Below, in pieces: positions 59,387-64,000 of a stretch of 64,000 bases of DNA. Location of the stretch: positions 5,901 through 69,900 of the forward strand of contig DASYSE010000066.1 in assembly GCA_036003705.1 (NCBI GenBank). The letters are read 5' to 3'. The notes below the pieces were generated by a model that ran no database searches, was not told the DNA's origin, and saw nothing but the letters and a program-made list of their open reading frames with translations. This DNA comes from Actinomycetes bacterium (GTDB lineage: Bacteria > Actinomycetota > CALGFH01). The number at the start of each line of letters is the position of its first letter. Position 1 is the stretch's first letter. The translations under genes and the position numbers were made by a program.

Positions 59387-60745
59387 TCACATTGACGCGA
59401 TGAGCTTGTCCACCCGGTCGTCGTGGGCCCGGAACGGGTCCTTGCACAGGACGGTCCGTTGGGCCTGGTCGTTCAGCTTCAGGTGGACCCAGTCGACGGT
59501 GTAGTCGCGGCGGCGTTCCTTGGCCTGGCGGATGAACTCCCCCCGCAGCCGGGCCCGGGTGGTCTGGGGCGGCTCCTGGGTGGCCCGGTCGATGGCCAGG
59601 TCGTCGCAGATCCGCTCCACCGACCCGTTGCGCTCCAGCAGGTAGTACAGGCCGCGCTTGCGGTTGACGTCGTGGTAGGTCAGGTCCATCAGGGCGACCT
59701 TGGGATGGGACAGGGGCAGGTTGTGGCGTGCCCTGGCCCGCTCGATCATCAGGTACTTGGTCACCCAGTCGACCTGGCGGCCGATGCGGTCCAGCTCCTG
59801 GTGCTCCAGCGCCTCCAGCACGTGCCCCCACATGTCGACCACCTTCTTGGCGGTCTCACCGGCGTCGCGGCGGTCGACGAACCGGGCCGCCTTCTCGTAG
59901 TACTCGCGCTGGATGTCGAGGGCGCTGGCCTCTCGGCCGTTGGCCAGGCGGACCTTGCGCCGGCAGCTCATGTCGTGGGAGATCTCCCTGATCGCCCGGA
60001 TCGGGTTCTCCAGGGTCAGGTCGCGCAGGACGGTGGCCTCCTCGACCATGGCCAGGACCAGGTCGGTGGCGCCGACCTTGAGGAAGGCCGACCACTCCGA
60101 CATGTTGGAGTCGCCGACGATCACGTGCAGGCGGCGGTAGCGCTCGGCGTCGGCGTGGGGCTCGTCGCGGGTGTTGATGATCGGCCGCGACCGGGTCGTG
60201 GCCGACGACACCCCTTCCCAGATGTGCTCGGCCCGCTGGGCGATGCAGTACACCGCCCCACGGGGGGTGGCCAGCACCTTGCCGGCCCCGCAGAGGATCT
60301 GGCGGCTGACGAAGAACGGGATCAGCACGTCGGCCAGGCGCTGGAACTCGCCGTAGCGCGAGACCAGGTAGTTCTCGTGGCAGCCGTAGGAGTTGCCGGC
60401 CGAGTCGGTGTTGTTCTTGAACAGGAAGATCTTGCCGGCGATGCCCTCCTCGTGCAGGCGGGCCTCGGCGGCGGCGAGCAGGCTCTCCAGGATCCGCTCG
60501 CCGGCCTTGTCGTGGGTGATCAGCTCGACCACCGAGTCGCATTCCGGGGTGGCGTACTCGGGGTGGGAGCCGACGTCCAGGTACAGGCGGGCGCCGTTCT
60601 CCAGGAACACGTTGGAGGAGCGGCCCCAGGAGACGACCCGGCGGAACAGGTAGCGGGCGACCTCGTCAGGCGACAGCCGACGCTGGCCCCGGAACGTGCA
60701 GGTGACGCCGTACTCGTTCTCGAGCCCAAAGATGCGACGGTCCAT
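59387..60745 (-). CDS. pafA: Pup-protein ligase PafA
   Basis: 452 aa with a near-full-length match to PafA ([14 protein letters not shown]...[11 protein letters not shown]...). Confidence 0.9.
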   Translation of the reverse strand: MDRRIFGLENEYGVTCTFRGQRRLSPDEVARYLFRRVVSWGRSSNVFLENGARLYLDVGSHPEYATPECDSVVELITHDKAGERILESLLAAAEARLHEEGIAGKIFLFKNNTDSAGNSYGCHENYLVSRYGEFQRLADVLIPFFVSRQILCGAGKVLATPRGAVYCIAQRAEHIWEGVSSATTRSRPIINTRDEPHADAERYRRLHVIVGDSNMSEWSAFLKVGATDLVLAMVEEATVLRDLTLENPIRAIREISHDMSCRRKVRLANGREASALDIQREYYEKAARFVDRRDAGETAKKVVDMWGHVLEALEHQELDRIGRQVDWVTKYLMIERARARHNLPLSHPKVALMDLTYHDVNRKRGLYYLLERNGSVERICDDLAIDRATQEPPQTTRARLRGEFIRQAKERRRDYTVDWVHLKLNDQAQRTVLCKDPFRAHDDRVDKLIASM

Positions 60746-60841
60746 GCGGCCATGCTACCGGACCCGGGCCGGCTTCCCGCTGGCACCTACACCAGCGTCG
60801 CCGTAGATGCGGGCCAGGAACACCGCGGCGCCGGCCGCCGG

Positions 60842-61960
60842 TCATGGCCGCCCGGTCCCGGTCGCACCGGCCGCGTCCTTGGCTGATGCCGTCAACGACT
60901 GCTTGCGCCACCACAGCAGGCAGAGCACCCCGACCAGGATGGGCAGGGCCCAGGTCAGCGCCCGGAAGACCAGCACGGCGGCGACGACCTGCGCCTTGTC
61001 GCCGCCGGCGGCGGTCATGCCAGTGATCAGCACCGCCTCGACCACCCCTGCCCCACCGGGGGTGATGGGGATGGCGGTGGCCAGGCGGGCGAAGGCGAAC
61101 ACGGCCAGGACCTCGGCCCAGCCGACCTCGGCGTCGCTGACGCCGACGGACCGCAGGGCGGCCAGCAGCACCAGGTACAGCGACAGGTGGCTGACCAGCG
61201 TGGCCGCCGTGATCGGGATCCAGCCGTGCTCCAGCAGGTCAAGGGTCCTGGCGCGGAACTTGACCGTGGCGATCTCCCAGCCGTGCACCGGCGGCCGCCG
61301 GATCAGGGCGAGGACCCGGGAGGTGGCCCGTCCGGTCACCACTCCGACCCGTTCGGCCATGTGCTCGCTGCGCAGCATCAGCGCGAACACCACGACGGCG
61401 GCCACCAGGCCCGCGATGCCGAGCAGGGCGGCCGTGACCCGACCGGCGCCGGCGTTGCCCTGCAGGGCGACAAGGGCGAGGGCGAGCACGGGGATGCCGA
61501 GCTTGGCGAAGGCGTTCCAGACCCCGGAGACGAGCACGGCGATGGTGGTGCGGGAACGGGAGAACCCCCATCCCCCGAGCATCGCGTAGGTCATCCCGAT
61601 GCCGATCGCCGACCCGGCCGGTACGGTGTTGGTGACCGCGGTCGTCGCCTGGGTCATGATCATGGCCCGGCCGAACGACAGGCCGGGGGTGACCGTCATC
61701 CACACGAACGCGTAGGTGCACAGGTTCCAGCCGGCGGCCACCGCCAGGGTGGCCAGCTCGGCCCAGGTCATGGCCGTGATCGCCGCCCACACGTCGCTCA
61801 GGGAGATGTCCCTGAGCAGGTAGTAGAAGATGACCACGATCAGCACGATGGAGATGGCGATCCGGAGGGCCATCTTGGCCGGCGACGAGCGCTTGTCGGT
61901 GCCTTCCGCCGCGTCCTGACGCATCGCCCTTGCACCTCCAGCCGCCTCTTGGCTCGCCAA
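60842..61960 (-). CDS. UPF0104/YbhN-like (lysylphosphatidylglycerol-synthase TM-region-like) integral membrane protein
   Basis: Seven to eight TM helices with a flippase-like domain pattern. The start could instead be an internal ATG (MRQDAAEG or MALRIAIS). Confidence 0.6.
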   Translation of the reverse strand: MASQEAAGGARAMRQDAAEGTDKRSSPAKMALRIAISIVLIVVIFYYLLRDISLSDVWAAITAMTWAELATLAVAAGWNLCTYAFVWMTVTPGLSFGRAMIMTQATTAVTNTVPAGSAIGIGMTYAMLGGWGFSRSRTTIAVLVSGVWNAFAKLGIPVLALALVALQGNAGAGRVTAALLGIAGLVAAVVVFALMLRSEHMAERVGVVTGRATSRVLALIRRPPVHGWEIATVKFRARTLDLLEHGWIPITAATLVSHLSLYLVLLAALRSVGVSDAEVGWAEVLAVFAFARLATAIPITPGGAGVVEAVLITGMTAAGGDKAQVVAAVLVFRALTWALPILVGVLCLLWWRKQSLTASAKDAAGATGTGRP

Positions 61961-62048
61961 GCATCTGGCATGCCGCCCCCCACGGCAAGGGGAACTCCAC
62001 GACGACGGGACGCCGCCTTGGGGCCGCCGCCCGACGAGGCCGGCGCGG

Positions 62049-63497
62049 TCAGGGGATCGGAACCGGCCGATCGCGGCTGACCAGGGTCAGCAGCACGATC
62101 GCGTGGGTCCAGGCCAGCGGGGCGACCGAGCGGGGGGCGCCGTCGCCGCGTCCCACTCGCTCCGGGAAGGCGCCGAGGGCGGTCCGATGGCCGAGCAGCC
62201 AGGCCAGCCGGGCCTCGGCGGCCTGCCGGTCGCCTCCGGCCATCGCGGCGAGGGCGAACGCGGCCGTCGCCGGCGTCCACGGGTCGCCCCCGAGCCATGG
62301 CCGGCCCGGCACCGCCCCACCGGCGACCGTGAGCCGTCGCCAGCTGGAGGCGACCGCGCGCTGCACCGCCGGGTCAGGCTTGGCGAACGGAGGCGCCAGC
62401 CAGGCGACGGCCGCATCGGGCCCACCTCCGTCCGGATGGCGCTGGAACCCCGCCGGCCCGAACCGTTCCCGCACCCCACGCTCCAGCCGGTCCGCCGCCC
62501 GGCCCCAGGCATCCCGCCGGTCGGTTGCCTGCGCCGAGACGCCCCGACGGTTGGTTGCCTGCGCCGAGACGCCCCGACGGTCCGCGGACGCGGCGCGGGC
62601 GATCTGCCGGTCAGCGGTTGCGAGGCGCCCTGCGAGATCGGTGGCGGCGCGCAGGCCGGTCAGGAGGGCGGCCGCCGTGCCGAGGGTTGGGTGGTGCTCG
62701 CGGCGTTCCCAGTAGTCGGCGCCGGCCGGGGGGAGGCCGTCGGGGCCAAGGGAACCGGCCGCGTGGTCGGCGGCGGCCACCACGGTTGGCCAGAGACGGG
62801 TCGCCAACCGGGCGTCGCGGCCCTGGTCGGAGGCCAGCCAGGCCGCCCATGACACCCAGCCGGTCGCGTCGAGCTGGGCCGGGCGGCCGTCGGTGACCGG
62901 GCGTCCGTCCGGGTGGGAGCGGGGCGGCCAGGTGCCGTCGGGGCGCTGGGTACCCGCCAGGAAGCCGAGCACGGCGGCGGCCTCGCGACGGTGTCCGGTC
63001 ACCGCCAGGGCGGCGGTGACGAAGCTCGAGTCGCGTGGCCACACATAGGCCCAGTACGGTGTCTGGGCGGCCAGGGCGGCCCCTCCGGGGCGGACCAGCA
63101 GGCGCAGGAACAGCAGCGACCGGGTGGCCGCCTCGCGTTCGGCCGGGGTGGCTCCCGGGACCGCCCCGGCGGCCAGCCAGGCCCGCTCCCGGGCGGCGAC
63201 GGCCAGCGCCCCCGGGTCGTCGGGCGGCCCGGTGACCGGGTCTGACGCCCCTGGCGGCAGGTAGCGCAGCCGGCCGTCGGCCAGTCGCAGCACGGTGCTG
63301 CCCTCCAGGTAGGCCGCCCCGTCGACCTGATCGGGGGGGACCGATACCAGGGCGTCCCGATTGCCGAGCAGCCCGGCCCCGAACAGCGGCGGCGAGCGGT
63401 CCGGTCGAGTCGCCCCGAGCAGCAGCGCCACCAGCCCGACGGCGACCGGCAGCGCGAGCAGGCGGCGGTCCATCCATCGACGCAGTTCGGCTCCCAA
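62049..63497 (-). CDS. glycoside hydrolase family 15-like (six-hairpin glucoamylase/glucodextranase-like) protein, N-terminal TM/signal anchor
   Basis: WPRDSSFVTAALAVTGH and PDGTWP resemble GH15 motifs. It contains a 30-bp ×2 internal tandem duplication (ADRRGVSAQATNRRGVSAQATDRR). Confidence 0.55.
   Translation of the reverse strand: MGAELRRWMDRRLLALPVAVGLVALLLGATRPDRSPPLFGAGLLGNRDALVSVPPDQVDGAAYLEGSTVLRLADGRLRYLPPGASDPVTGPPDDPGALAVAARERAWLAAGAVPGATPAEREAATRSLLFLRLLVRPGGAALAAQTPYWAYVWPRDSSFVTAALAVTGHRREAAAVLGFLAGTQRPDGTWPPRSHPDGRPVTDGRPAQLDATGWVSWAAWLASDQGRDARLATRLWPTVVAAADHAAGSLGPDGLPPAGADYWERREHHPTLGTAAALLTGLRAATDLAGRLATADRQIARAASADRRGVSAQATNRRGVSAQATDRRDAWGRAADRLERGVRERFGPAGFQRHPDGGGPDAAVAWLAPPFAKPDPAVQRAVASSWRRLTVAGGAVPGRPWLGGDPWTPATAAFALAAMAGGDRQAAEARLAWLLGHRTALGAFPERVGRGDGAPRSVAPLAWTHAIVLLTLVSRDRPVPIP
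62523..62582. repeat. 30-bp ×2 perfect tandem duplication inside the GH15-like gene (in-frame, adding 10 aa)
   Basis: ggttgcctgcgccgagacgccccgacggt occurs twice in a row. Confidence 0.8.
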
Positions 63498-63629
63498 CGA
63501 TCAGTGGCGGCCACCGCCATGGTCCCGCCCACCCTGACTCCAGTCAACGCGCCCCCGGGTCCCGTGGTCTGGGTACCAGGACCGACGAGCGTGGCCGGGC
63601 CGGCAGACGGGGTCCGCCGAGTGGCGGGC

Positions 63630-63775
63630 GGCCGACCGGCGGGTCCTGGATGGCGGCCAACGGGGTGCTGGACGGCGGGCCGACCGGCGGGTGCTGGACG
63701 GCGGCCAACGGGTGCTGGACGGCGGGCCGACCGGCGGGTGCTGGATGGCGGCCGACCCGCGGGGTGCTGGCGGCG
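63630..63775. repeat. ~24/48-bp tandem repeats (×3-6) in the intergenic region upstream of the GH15-like gene
   Basis: Repeated ccgaccggcgggtgctggacggcggccaacgggtgctggacggcggg units. Confidence 0.7.
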
Positions 63776-63805
63776 TCCTCACCGAGCCTCTGTGAGGCCT
63801 GGGGG

Positions 63806-64000
63806 CTATGGCCCGCCGAGACCGCGGCGGAGGCGGTCGAGGGTGGGGCGGTCGGGGGCCGAGAGCCAGGCGGCGCGGGTGCCACGGCAGACAAGGGCGG
63901 TCTGCTGGCCGGAACCCGACCAGCGGAGGGTCCCGGCCCCGGCGCGGCTGCCGGAACCGAAGCGGGCGCCGGCCCAACGGCGCATGGCGCCGCAGAACTG
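63806..64000 (-). CDS. 3' end of an unidentified gene entering from beyond the window end
   Basis: The reverse-strand frame ending at TAG (63808..63806) has strong GC3 bias, unlike the two overlapping listed ORFs. Function unknown. Confidence 0.3.
   Translation of the reverse strand, partial: QFCGAMRRWAGARFGSGSRAGAGTLRWSGSGQQTALVCRGTRAAWLSAPDRPTLDRLRRGLGGP

Noticed and set aside
63501-63977. Listed minus-strand ORFs 63501..63977 and 63544..63894
   Set aside because: They run through the 24/48-bp tandem repeat array with poor GC3 bias. The third frame ending at 63806 carries the coding-like GC3 signal instead.

Overview
This is a very high-GC (~72%) actinobacterial chromosomal segment, densely coding on both strands, with no rRNA, tRNA, CRISPR array or obvious IS/transposase seen. 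Features in window order:

- **1–7 kb, minus strand:** the 5' part of an M4 (thermolysin-like) metallopeptidase running off the window, an unclassifiable 255-aa ORF, and two SARP-type regulators. One SARP is a full AfsR-like wHTH-BTAD-NB-ARC-TPR protein. The other has an unusual MalT/LAL-like N-terminal domain fused to a C-terminal wHTH-BTAD and is interrupted by a frameshift.
- **7.2–14.2 kb, plus strand:** a long operon with a GAF–PP2C–HATPase (RsbU/RsbW-like) fusion, two STAS anti-sigma-factor antagonists and a conserved hypothetical. It continues with an acyl-CoA dehydrogenase, an enoyl-CoA hydratase, a RidA-family protein carrying a 30-bp ×5 N-terminal repeat, and glutaryl-CoA dehydrogenase.
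- **14.4–18.7 kb:** an Rrf2 regulator divergent from a sulfate ABC importer (sbp-cysTWA).
- **18.8–20.6 kb:** an orphan PAS/HisKA_3 histidine kinase.
- **20.7–24.1 kb, minus strand:** a compact operon of a PaaK/F390-synthetase-like adenylating enzyme, a 69-aa ORF, a split ComD/ComE-like ThDP decarboxylase and a cyclase-family hydrolase. I rate this the best candidate for an undescribed metabolic module.
- **24.6–28.9 kb:** a MoxR–DUF58–DUF4129 module.
- **29.2–37.1 kb, minus strand:** a class-III aminotransferase, glutaconate-type CoA-transferase subunits A and B, a GabT-like aminotransferase, an aldehyde dehydrogenase and an amidohydrolase. Together with the glutaryl-CoA dehydrogenase operon this reads as a 5-aminovalerate/glutarate (lysine) catabolic route.
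- **37.3–42.6 kb:** a divergent FtsH-like protease, two translationally coupled paralogous zinc-ribbon membrane proteins and an M24 aminopeptidase.
- **42.7–63.5 kb:** two DAGK-family lipid kinases flanking helY, then tatC, tatA, pafC and pafB in mycobacteria-like synteny. pafA lies about 7 kb further on, separated by a regulator, a DUF3866 protein, a GT87-like membrane protein, an ABC exporter and a MarR-like regulator with a perfect inverted-repeat operator. The window ends with a UPF0104 membrane protein and a GH15-like protein.

A striking recurring feature is short tandem duplications (23–89 bp, ×2–×5) at more than 10 loci. Several copy an overlapping stop/start gene junction (cysT/cysW, gctA/gctB) or a gene 5' end (helY, RidA).
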